A stretch of DNA of 28,697 bases from Candidatus Ratteibacteria bacterium (GTDB lineage Bacteria > Ratteibacteria > UBA8468 > B48-G9 > DTJG01), in contig JBMFLH010000020.1 in the NCBI GenBank assembly GCA_049971295.1, forward strand, positions 1 to 28,697, read 5' to 3'. Shown here piece after piece: positions 1 through 7,457 of the stretch. The stretch's first letter is position 1; each line of letters begins with the position of its first letter. Under the pieces are notes generated by a model. It was not told the DNA's origin. It saw only the letters and a program-made list of their open reading frames with translations, and ran no database searches. The position numbers and the translations under genes are program-made.

Positions 1-29
1 TTACACAACCAGGGTCTCACTGATCCAAA

Positions 30-41
30 TTTTCAAAGAAC
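30..41 (-). promoter_or_regulatory. Putative rRNA-operon antitermination boxA (GTTCTTTGAAAA)
   Basis: Minus strand reads AAGTTCTTTGAAAATT about 17 nt downstream of a -10 box; resembles the boxA-type sequence of rrn leaders. The rRNA gene itself is not in the window. Confidence 0.6.
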
Positions 42-58
42 TTCCTTCGGATAGATAT

Positions 59-87
59 ATACTACCCGAATTTAACAACTTTGTCAA
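59..87 (-). promoter_or_regulatory. Sigma70-type promoter firing toward the left edge
   Basis: TTGACA (87-82), 17-nt spacer, TAGTAT (64-59). Confidence 0.75.
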
Positions 88-94
88 TACCTCC

Positions 95-292
95 TCATTT
101 ATTTACTGGTGTCTCAGCTGGTACTTCTCCACCAGGTGGAGGTGGTGGTGTTGGTCCACCTTCCATCGGTGTTGGAGGAGGAGGCGGTGCTTTTTTCGGC
201 ATCGCCTGCTTGATGATAAAGAACAGCGCCACCAGGATGATGATGATCAGGATAGCGACTGCCGCTGGATTACTTTTTTTCTGCTCTGCCAT
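95..292 (-). CDS. Small single-pass membrane protein with proline-rich C-terminus (65 aa), hypothetical
   Basis: ORF MAEQKKSNPAAVAILIIIILVALFFII...PPPPPTP...PTPPPPP; purine-rich SD-like AAGGGGGTGA upstream of ATG at 292 (the track's GTG at 304 lies inside the SD). Confidence 0.75.
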   Translation of the reverse strand: MAEQKKSNPAAVAILIIIILVALFFIIKQAMPKKAPPPPPTPMEGGPTPPPPPGGEVPAETPVNK

Positions 293-336
293 TTTCTTTT
301 TCACCCCCTTTCAAAATCTTTGCCTGTGATGTTATT

Positions 337-356
337 TTTATGCCATATGGCATAAA
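337..356. repeat. Perfect 20-bp palindrome TTTATGCCATATGGCATAAA (candidate operator)
   Basis: Exact inverted repeat with no spacer, in the intergenic gap between the nitroreductase stop and the small proline-rich ORF. Confidence 0.7.
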
Positions 357-367
357 TTGGAATATAG

Positions 368-973
368 TTAATCACCTTTTTCATTTTTGTCAAGTGCTGC
401 CAGTTTATTATGATGTAAAATATGCTCAAGTTTTCGCTTTGGTACGTGGTGGACGCTATTTTCATCACGCCAGTATTTCAAACTTCCTTTTTCATCTTCA
501 GCAATTGCTTGTTCCGCAGGATATCCGAGGGCAATCACATATTCAATAGTGTAATCCGCAAAAATGCCAAGTATTTTAGATAGTTTTTCTCTCTGAACGG
601 AACCAATCCAGCAACTGCCAATACCTTTATCTGTCGCCGCAAGAAGAATGTTCTCAATGGCTGCTCCAAAATCTGCCGCAGGCGTAAATGCTTTGACCTT
701 TTTATTATGAAGAACTACTATGTAAGCAACAGGTTTTTCTCCTTCTTTTGGTTGGCCCTCTGGTCCCAGATATGCAGCCCAGGCAAGTGTTGAAAAAACC
801 GGTTCAAGTAAATTTTTATCATCAATCGCCAGAAATTCCCAGGGCTGAAGATTACCACCGCTTGGAGCAAGACGGGCCGCCTCAACAAGTTCTTTCAGAA
901 TATCAAATGGAACCGGCTTTTGCTGGAATCTCCTTATTGTTCTGCGTTTTTTTATGGCTTCCATTACATCCAT
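368..973 (-). CDS. Nitroreductase family flavoprotein
   Basis: Motifs RRTIRRF, APSGGNLQPWEF, ENILLAA..GIGSCWIG, IALGYP; SD GGAGGT upstream. Confidence 0.93.
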   Translation of the reverse strand: MDVMEAIKKRRTIRRFQQKPVPFDILKELVEAARLAPSGGNLQPWEFLAIDDKNLLEPVFSTLAWAAYLGPEGQPKEGEKPVAYIVVLHNKKVKAFTPAADFGAAIENILLAATDKGIGSCWIGSVQREKLSKILGIFADYTIEYVIALGYPAEQAIAEDEKGSLKYWRDENSVHHVPKRKLEHILHHNKLAALDKNEKGD

Positions 974-997
974 CCAGCACCTCCGATCATTTAAAAC

Positions 998-1249
998 TTA
1001 TGGAGTCGTTGTACCCTTTCTGATGATACACCAGGCAAGTATCACAAAAACGATAGCTGCACATATAAGGACGATAGAAAACAAAATACCCTGCCTATCT
1101 TTTATGATGGACCCTTTCAGCATTGTACGGTCAGAGGACTTCTGAAGTTCCTTGAGGTCTAGATGTATCTGGTTCAAAAGAAAACACAAAAACGATATGC
1201 CGCAAATCAAAACGGTTATTGCATAAATTTGAAGCCGTGTCAGTTCCAT
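998..1249 (-). CDS. Small hypothetical membrane protein with two hydrophobic helices (83 aa)
   Basis: Two hydrophobic segments (IYAITVLICGISFLCFLL; GILFSIVLICAAIVFVILAWCII); SD AAGGGAG and a promoter upstream; fills the gap in the same orientation as its neighbours. Confidence 0.75.
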   Translation of the reverse strand: MELTRLQIYAITVLICGISFLCFLLNQIHLDLKELQKSSDRTMLKGSIIKDRQGILFSIVLICAAIVFVILAWCIIRKGTTTP

Positions 1250-1285
1250 ATTACTCCCTTTTTATGGACAATTTTTACCATTGAC

Positions 1286-1315
1286 ATTATACCCCTTCCA
1301 GTTGAAAAAAATCAA
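1286..1315 (-). promoter_or_regulatory. Sigma70-type promoter for the 83-aa ORF and nitroreductase
   Basis: TTGATT (1315-1310), 18-nt spacer, TATAAT (1291-1286). Confidence 0.6.
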
Positions 1316-1376
1316 TACTACATCAAAACATTTCAGAAAATACCCGCGTGAGTTTCAGAAAGTCAGTTAAATTTAT

Positions 1377-1455
1377 TGGTCGGGGCGCCCGGATTTGAAC
1401 CGGGGACCCCCAGAACCCCATTCTGGTGCGCTAAACCGGACTACGCTACGCCCCG
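1377..1455 (-). tRNA. tRNA-Pro(GGG)
   Basis: Cloverleaf: acceptor CGGGGCG/CGCCCCG, anticodon arm CCAGA-AT GGG GT-TCTGG, T-loop GGTTCAAATCC, encoded ACCA end. Confidence 0.97.
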
Positions 1456-1459
1456 AACA

Positions 1460-2260
1460 CTAAATTTTTCCTTCTCTAAAATACGAAATATAATTCATGC
1501 AAAACTGGTCTTTGCCAGTTAATACCCCTGCAATACACCTTGCTTCAATAATCCCCGGGTCAAGAGGGTCTATGATTACGGCGTCCAAGCCTTCGTGCAT
1601 GGCGATAGCAAACGCGTATTTATTAATCAAACTTCTTTTCGGTAGTCCAAAAGAAACATTTGAAAGACCGCATATTGATTTTGTTCCCGGCAATTGTTCT
1701 TTAATCCCGCGCAGTGCCTTCAGGTATGTATTAAATGCATCTATATCTGTTCCAATGGGCTGAACCAGAGCATCGTAAAAAATGTTTTCCTTTTTTACTC
1801 CGGCTTTTATTAATTGCTCGTAAAGTGTACAGGCAATCTCAATACGTTTTTCAAAAAAAGATGGAATGCCTGAATCGTCCATTGTCAGCGCAACAATATA
1901 AACATCCGGAAAATTTTTTACCAACGGCAGGAATTCCTTCAACTTCTTTTCTTCTGCGTTAACAGAGTTCAGCATCACTGGTCTATTTTTTACCAGAGGC
2001 AGACATTCAGCAAGAACATTGGTGTTTGAACTGTCAAGAACAAGATGGACATCAGGATATGCTGACTGAACAAGGTTAATCAACCATTTAAGGTCCTCTG
2101 TCTCATGTCCTGTGCCTGTTCCTGCATTTAGATCGAGAAAATCACTTCCTGCTTCAATCTGTTTTTCTGCCTCTTTCAGGAAAAAATTTTCATCTTTTTT
2201 GATTAACGCCTCACCAATTTTTTTTCTCGTTGCGTTAATTCTTTCACCCACTATTATCAT
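1460..2260 (-). CDS. Pterin-binding methyltransferase (AcsE / MetH folate-binding domain family)
   Basis: IIVGERIN, DLNAG, LDSSN, LNSVN and GLSNVSFGLP..R..IN motifs; 266 aa stand-alone domain; SD AGGAG. Confidence 0.88.
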   Translation of the reverse strand: MIIVGERINATRKKIGEALIKKDENFFLKEAEKQIEAGSDFLDLNAGTGTGHETEDLKWLINLVQSAYPDVHLVLDSSNTNVLAECLPLVKNRPVMLNSVNAEEKKLKEFLPLVKNFPDVYIVALTMDDSGIPSFFEKRIEIACTLYEQLIKAGVKKENIFYDALVQPIGTDIDAFNTYLKALRGIKEQLPGTKSICGLSNVSFGLPKRSLINKYAFAIAMHEGLDAVIIDPLDPGIIEARCIAGVLTGKDQFCMNYISYFREGKI

Positions 2261-2274
2261 CTGTGCTCCTGGTA

Positions 2275-2283
2275 TGATAAAAT
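2275..2283 (+). promoter_or_regulatory. Extended -10 promoter (TG-A-TAAAAT) placed for leaderless transcription of the zincin gene
   Basis: TGATAAAAT ends 6 nt before the ATG at 2290; no SD sequence precedes the ATG. Confidence 0.55.
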
Positions 2284-2289
2284 TTTAAT

Positions 2290-2622
2290 ATGGAAATTGA
2301 AAAACGAGACCTTGAAGAAATAGTTTACCAGAAATTAAAAAAATTGCCAGAGTTTTTCCAGAAAAAACTGGAAAATGTTGAATTTTTTGTTGAAGATGGC
2401 CATTCAACAAGATTTCTTGGACTGTATCATGGAGTACCATTCGGCAAACGCACCAATTATAATCTCGTGATGCCTGATAAAATTATCATTTACAGACGGG
2501 CTTTTGAAAAATCATGCAGGAATAAAAAAGAACTTGAAAAAAAGGTTGAGGAAGTACTTCTACATGAAATAGGTCATTACTTTGGTTTCAATGAACAGCA
2601 ATTAGAAAAACTCGGTTATTGA
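2290..2622 (+). CDS. Minimal zincin-like metallopeptidase (DUF1025-like)
   Basis: LGLYHGVP, PDKIIIYR and VLLHEIGHYFG (HExxH) motifs; 110 aa. Confidence 0.88.
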   Translation: MEIEKRDLEEIVYQKLKKLPEFFQKKLENVEFFVEDGHSTRFLGLYHGVPFGKRTNYNLVMPDKIIIYRRAFEKSCRNKKELEKKVEEVLLHEIGHYFGFNEQQLEKLGY

Positions 2623-2624
2623 TA

Positions 2625-3194
2625 CTATTTCAAAAACCGACTGCCGGGTTTGCCAATAGGAATATTGTTTTTACACAATGGACACTCATCCTGCCTGTAA
2701 TTTTTTACGTCAATTCTTAAAAGATATTCAACAGGAAATTTTAGAGAGTGCGTACCGCGCAGCACAAGACAACATACACCAACAAGTTTCGCACCAGACG
2801 ATCTGACAAGGTCTATTATTTCAGAAACAGATCCTCCCGTAGTAATCACATCCTCGCACACAAAAACACTTTCATCTTTGTCTATGGTAAATCCCCTTCT
2901 TAAACACATTACCCCATTTTCTCTTTCCGCAAAAATACTTCTTGCTCCAATAATTTCAGCAAGCGCGTAAGAAAGAACAATTCCTCCGATGGCAGGACCT
3001 ATCACAACATCCACCTTTCTTTCACCCCACTTTCTGATAAGTTCCTGCGCAAGATTTCTGGCGATATGTGGAAACTGGAGAACGCGAGCCATCTGAAAGT
3101 ATCTGTCGCTGTGAAGCCCTGATGAAAGAAGAAAATGCCCTTCCAGAATCGCGCCTGTTTTTTCGAAAATTTCCAATATCTCCTTGTCAGTCAT
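2625..3194 (-). CDS. pyrE: Orotate phosphoribosyltransferase
   Basis: GHFLLSSGLHSDRY, GPAIGG, PRPP-binding loop VCEDVITTGGS, C-terminal KPGSR. Confidence 0.95.
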   Translation of the reverse strand: MTDKEILEIFEKTGAILEGHFLLSSGLHSDRYFQMARVLQFPHIARNLAQELIRKWGERKVDVVIGPAIGGIVLSYALAEIIGARSIFAERENGVMCLRRGFTIDKDESVFVCEDVITTGGSVSEIIDLVRSSGAKLVGVCCLVLRGTHSLKFPVEYLLRIDVKNYRQDECPLCKNNIPIGKPGSRFLK

Positions 3195-3640
3195 TTCTGC
3201 GTCCTTTTACAAATTTTTTCAATTTTTTTTATCCTTCTCAAGTGTCTTCCTCCGCCAAACTTTGTTTCAAGAAAAACCCTCACAATCTCACAGGCAAGTT
3301 CATTGGCAACTATTCTTCCTCCAAGCGCAAGTGCGTTTGCGTCATTGTGAAGACGGGCAATCTCTGCAAGAAAAGGGTTATAACATAATGCGGCGCGAAC
3401 ACCAGGAAATCTGTTTGCCACTATGCTCATACCTATCCCGGTTCCGCAAACAAGAATTGCCCTGTCAATTGTGCCTGAAGATAGTTCAGCAGATACCTTT
3501 GCTCCATAGTCAGGATAATCTACTTTTTTCAGCACATCCGGTCCATAATCTATCACTTCGTACCCTTCTTTTTTCAAATACGCAATTAAATATCTTTTCA
3601 TTTCGTAACCTGCGTGGTCACTTGCAATTCCTACTCTCAT
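3191..3640 (-). CDS. rpiB: Ribose-5-phosphate isomerase B
   Basis: SDHAG, DYPD, CGTGIGMS..ANRFPGVRAA, HNDAN, FGGGRH.RR. Confidence 0.97.
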   Translation of the reverse strand: MRVGIASDHAGYEMKRYLIAYLKKEGYEVIDYGPDVLKKVDYPDYGAKVSAELSSGTIDRAILVCGTGIGMSIVANRFPGVRAALCYNPFLAEIARLHNDANALALGGRIVANELACEIVRVFLETKFGGGRHLRRIKKIEKICKRTQK

Positions 3641-4626
3641 ATTTTGATCCTTGTTAGAACTTCTTTTTTTATTCTTTCTTTGATTATATCCCGAATTTCT
3701 CGATACTGGAAAATATCGCCTCCCGCAGGGTCTGGAACATTCAGAACAAAAATTTTGTCTACAGCTTGTGGCGCCATCTTCAGTACCCTTTCCCTGTGTT
3801 TTTCTTCCATAACAAAAATCAGGTCTGCATATTTAACAAGATGTTCTGTCAATAATGTTGCCACAAAATCCTCTATATTAACTCCTGTTTCTTTCATCAC
3901 ATCTATTGTTACCCTGGATGCCCTTCCAGAAAAATTTATCTCTGTGCCCGCAGATAGCACCTCAATTTTCTTATCCCCGATAACACTTTTTAACAGGGCC
4001 TGAGCCATAGGACTTCTGCATGAATTACCAGAACAGACAAAAAGAATTCTTCCACGAATCAGTCGAGGTATATCCTCTGTCATGTCCCAGATGGTTGATT
4101 CCCTGCCTGTGATTTTTCCGCCATCAACAACAATGGTCACCTTTTCAATAAGTTCTGAATCTATCTCCTCAATGCAGCAGGCGCTTTTAGAAAAGGAAAT
4201 ATTGGCGCTTGTTGAAGCAAGCATTGAAAAACTATTGCAAAGATTATTAATAAAGGGATAATCTGGAATCCTCAATGCAATGGTTTTATCCTTTCCCACA
4301 ATGTAACTGGACTCAATTCTTGATTGAAAAATAAATGTATGTCTTCCTGGCCAGCGGTGAGAAATAAAAGAAAGAGAATGTTCAGGAATATACGCGACAT
4401 TCCTCGCTATCTCAATATCCCTGATAAAACCAATGAGGGGTTTTGACTCTGGCCTGTTCTTGAGCAAATATACATTTTCCTTTGCACTGTCATTTTCTCC
4501 ATCACATATAAGTCCATAAACCGTATCGGTTGGCACTATCGCAACACCTGAATTTTTCAGCGCTGCAATAACTTTCACAACAATTTCTTTTTGAGAATTC
4601 GCCAGCAAATTAACTATGTTTGCCAT
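3637..4626 (-). CDS. Fusion: threonylcarbamoyl-AMP synthase (TsaC/YrdC domain) + low-molecular-weight phosphatase (YwlE-like)
   Basis: N-terminal PTDTVYGL, K.RP..KPL, STSANIS, STI; C-terminal ILFVCSGNSCRSPMA (CX5R), ADLIFVM, DP.GG. Start taken as ATG 4626 (MANIVN), overlapping the upstream stop; the track's start at 4665 is probably too long. Confidence 0.9.
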   Translation of the reverse strand: MANIVNLLANSQKEIVVKVIAALKNSGVAIVPTDTVYGLICDGENDSAKENVYLLKNRPESKPLIGFIRDIEIARNVAYIPEHSLSFISHRWPGRHTFIFQSRIESSYIVGKDKTIALRIPDYPFINNLCNSFSMLASTSANISFSKSACCIEEIDSELIEKVTIVVDGGKITGRESTIWDMTEDIPRLIRGRILFVCSGNSCRSPMAQALLKSVIGDKKIEVLSAGTEINFSGRASRVTIDVMKETGVNIEDFVATLLTEHLVKYADLIFVMEEKHRERVLKMAPQAVDKIFVLNVPDPAGGDIFQYREIRDIIKERIKKEVLTRIKI

Positions 4627-5431
4627 ATGAAACCACTGGATTTGAAAGAATACCGATTTTTTCAATCTCGCACTCTACAATATCTCCATCTTCAATGGGA
4701 CTGACTCCCTCAGGAGTTCCTGTTGAAATGATATCACCGGGATAGAGCGTAAGAAATCTGGTAATAGAACAAATAATATCAGGTATCTGGGAAATCATCT
4801 TATCTGTGCTGGAACTCTGCATTGTTTTATCATTGATTCTCAATTCAATTTTTAATGGTTCCTGCCAATCAATTTCATCTGTTGTGACAATCCATGGTCC
4901 AACCGGACAGAAGGTATCCATGCTCTTTGACTTGAACCATGGATATTTTTTTGCCTGATCTTCTTTTTGCATTGCACGAGCTGTGACATCATTAACAATT
5001 GTATAACCACCAATACAGGATATTGCCTCTTTTTTTGTGGCATTCTTACATATTTTCCCAATCACTACAGCAAGTTCCACCTCAGGATCGACTCTCCCAA
5101 TGTGATCAGGAATGCAAATTTTTTCCCTGTTGGGAATCACACATGATGATGATTTTTCAAAATACACAGGTTCTGCTGGCAGGTGCCAACCTCCTTCTTC
5201 AGCATGACTCTTATAATTTAATCCAAGACATATTATTTTTCCTGGTTTAATAAGTGGTGCGTACTGGAGTTCTTCAAGTGAAAACCATGACGAAATCAGG
5301 CACCTGATGTTGCCTGTCAGATTACTGGCAATAATTTTTTCAATGGGTATATCGCCAATAGAACCAACTTTGTTTCCTTCTACTATTCCAGTAAAAACAT
5401 CCTGATTTTTTCTGAATCTACTCAATCTCAT
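4610..5431 (-). CDS. Fumarylacetoacetate hydrolase family protein
   Basis: KIICLGLNY..H, D.EVELAVVIGK, NDVTAR, KSMDTFCPVGP, GDIISTGTPEGV. Confidence 0.93.
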   Translation of the reverse strand: MRLSRFRKNQDVFTGIVEGNKVGSIGDIPIEKIIASNLTGNIRCLISSWFSLEELQYAPLIKPGKIICLGLNYKSHAEEGGWHLPAEPVYFEKSSSCVIPNREKICIPDHIGRVDPEVELAVVIGKICKNATKKEAISCIGGYTIVNDVTARAMQKEDQAKKYPWFKSKSMDTFCPVGPWIVTTDEIDWQEPLKIELRINDKTMQSSSTDKMISQIPDIICSITRFLTLYPGDIISTGTPEGVSPIEDGDIVECEIEKIGILSNPVVSYGKHS

Positions 5432-5445
5432 TTTTTCCCCACTTT

Positions 5446-7452
5446 CTATTTTTCGTTTTTCAACCTTTTGATTTTTTCCCTATATTTTATGGCTGTTTCA
5501 AAATCAAGTTGTTTCGCGTATGCCATCATCTTTTTTTCAAGAGTTCTGATTAATTGAGCAAGGTTTTTCCCATATAATATCTCTTCCTTGTCTGCCAGTA
5601 TTTCCTGTTGTTTTCTGCTTTTGCTTCCTATAATATCGCTGATTGTCTGGTATATCGGCTTAATCACCTGCTTTGGCGTGATATTGTGAACACGGTTGTA
5701 TTCCTGTTGAATTGCTCTTCTTCGTTCTGTCTCATCAATGGCCGCTTTCATTGCATCTGTAATCTTATCAGCATACATAATCACTTCTCCATCAATACTC
5801 CTGGATGCCCTGCCTGCGATTTGAATGAGGGACCGTTCTGACCTTAAAAATCCTTCTTTATCAGCATCAAGAATCGCCACCAGACTCACTTCAGGAAGGT
5901 CAAGTCCTTCGCGCAAAAGATTGATTCCAACAAGAACATCAAATGTCGCTTCTCTGAGTTTTTTGAGAATCTCCATACGTTCAAGGGTATCAATTTCATA
6001 ATGGAGATACATCACCTTCAAGCGCAAATCTTTCAGGTAATCAGTTAACTGTTCAGCAAGCTGTTTACTGATGGTAAGCACAAGTACTCTCTGTTTTTTC
6101 CTAACTCTTTCTCTAATTCTCACCACAAGGTCATCCAGTTGATTCTTCGTGGGAAGCACTCTGATGGGAGGATCAATCAGCCCTGTGGGTCTGATGACCT
6201 GCTCAACAAGTAAATCAGATTTTTCTCCAAGTTTTCTCACACCAATTTTTTCAAGCTCATAAACACCGGGGGTGGCAGAAACACAAATCACCTGGTTAAT
6301 CATTGACTCAAATTCTTCAAATGTCAAAGGTCTGTTGTCAATGGCAGAAGGAAGTCTGAAACCATATTCAATAAGAGTTTCCTTGCGAGATCTGTCGCCT
6401 GCGTGCATCCCGCGAATTTGGGGGATTGTCATATGGGATTCATCAATAAACATCAAATAATCAGATGGAAAATAATCAAGCAAACATTCAGGCCTTTCTC
6501 CAGGTAATCTTCCGGCAAGATGCCTTGAATAATTTTCAATGCCGTGACAGTATCCGAGTTCTGTTAGCATTTCAAGGTCATTGTTTGTTCTCATTTCAAG
6601 TCGTTCTGCTTCAAGAAGTTTTCCCTGTTTTCTGAATTTTTCCAGCTGTTGCTGAAGTTCTTCTCTTATTGTTATTAGAGCCCTTTGAAGTTTATCAGAA
6701 GGGCTGACAAAGTGCTTCGCTGGATAAATTGAAATTTGTTTTTCTTCTGATATTGTTGCACCTGTCAATGGATCAAATCTTTCAAGGTTTACAATTTCAT
6801 CGCCTGATAACAAAATTCTTACACCTGTTTCCTCGTAAGAAGGAATGATTTCTATAATGTTGCCACGAACCCTGAATCGTCCCCTCTGAAAATCAAAATC
6901 GTTTCTTTCATACTGAATTTCCACCAATCTTCTCAAAATGGCTGTTCTTTCTGTTCGTTGATGCAGCGCAAGATTTAACATTAATGCTCGATGATCTTCA
7001 GGACTGCCCAGCGGATATATTGAAGAAACACTGGCAACAATAATCACGTCCCTACTGGAAAGAATTGCGCTTGTTGCAGCAAGTCGTAATCTATCGATGT
7101 CCTCATTAATTGAAGCATCTTTTTCAATATAGGTATCAGTGGCTGGAATGTATGCCTCTGGCTGATAGTAATCGTAATAACTGACAAAATACCGAACCTT
7201 ATTTTCAGGAAAAAACTGCCTGAATTCGCTGTAAAGCTGGGCAGCAAGCGTTTTATTATGGGATATGACAAGAACTGGCCTATTCATCTTTTCAATAACA
7301 TTCGCCATTGTAAAAGTTTTTCCACTGCCTGTAACCCCCAGCAACACCTGCCATTTTGCATGATTTTTTAGGTTTCTCACCAATTTTTCAATAGCTGGTG
7401 GCTGGTCTCCGGCAGGAGTAAATTGCGACTTAAGTTTGAAAATCTTTTCCAT
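5446..7452 (-). CDS. uvrB: Excinuclease ABC subunit B
   Basis: PAGDQP, LGVTGSGKTFT, FVSYYDYYQPEAY, DESH, GINLLREGLD, C-terminal UVR domain (LDFETA). Confidence 0.99.
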   Translation of the reverse strand: MEKIFKLKSQFTPAGDQPPAIEKLVRNLKNHAKWQVLLGVTGSGKTFTMANVIEKMNRPVLVISHNKTLAAQLYSEFRQFFPENKVRYFVSYYDYYQPEAYIPATDTYIEKDASINEDIDRLRLAATSAILSSRDVIIVASVSSIYPLGSPEDHRALMLNLALHQRTERTAILRRLVEIQYERNDFDFQRGRFRVRGNIIEIIPSYEETGVRILLSGDEIVNLERFDPLTGATISEEKQISIYPAKHFVSPSDKLQRALITIREELQQQLEKFRKQGKLLEAERLEMRTNNDLEMLTELGYCHGIENYSRHLAGRLPGERPECLLDYFPSDYLMFIDESHMTIPQIRGMHAGDRSRKETLIEYGFRLPSAIDNRPLTFEEFESMINQVICVSATPGVYELEKIGVRKLGEKSDLLVEQVIRPTGLIDPPIRVLPTKNQLDDLVVRIRERVRKKQRVLVLTISKQLAEQLTDYLKDLRLKVMYLHYEIDTLERMEILKKLREATFDVLVGINLLREGLDLPEVSLVAILDADKEGFLRSERSLIQIAGRASRSIDGEVIMYADKITDAMKAAIDETERRRAIQQEYNRVHNITPKQVIKPIYQTISDIIGSKSRKQQEILADKEEILYGKNLAQLIRTLEKKMMAYAKQLDFETAIKYREKIKRLKNEK

Positions 7453-7457
7453 TTACT

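Noticed and set aside
1..87. 28-codon minus-strand ORF (TTG at 87, MTKLLNSG...LVV*) preceded by GAGGAGG
   Set aside because: The SD-like sequence is only 2 nt from the TTG, which is too close, and the same bases are better explained as a -35/-10 promoter plus boxA.
81..329. Plus-strand glycine-rich 82-aa ORF
   Set aside because: It is the antisense shadow of the polyproline gene; TTG start and no SD.
1328..1342. CodY-box-like sequence ACATTTCAGAAAATA
   Set aside because: Three mismatches to the consensus in AT-rich DNA; CodY is mostly restricted to Firmicutes and nothing here shows the host has it.
95..1455. Possible functional link between tRNA-Pro(GGG) and the nearby polyproline protein
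   Set aside because: They are separated by two genes and a promoter, and many of the proline codons are CCA/CCG, which this tRNA does not read; probably coincidence.
3637..4050. Arsenate reductase call for the CX5R domain
   Set aside because: It lacks the two resolving cysteines of Trx-dependent ArsC and has no ars genes nearby; the context and the DP.GG motif fit YwlE-like phosphatases.
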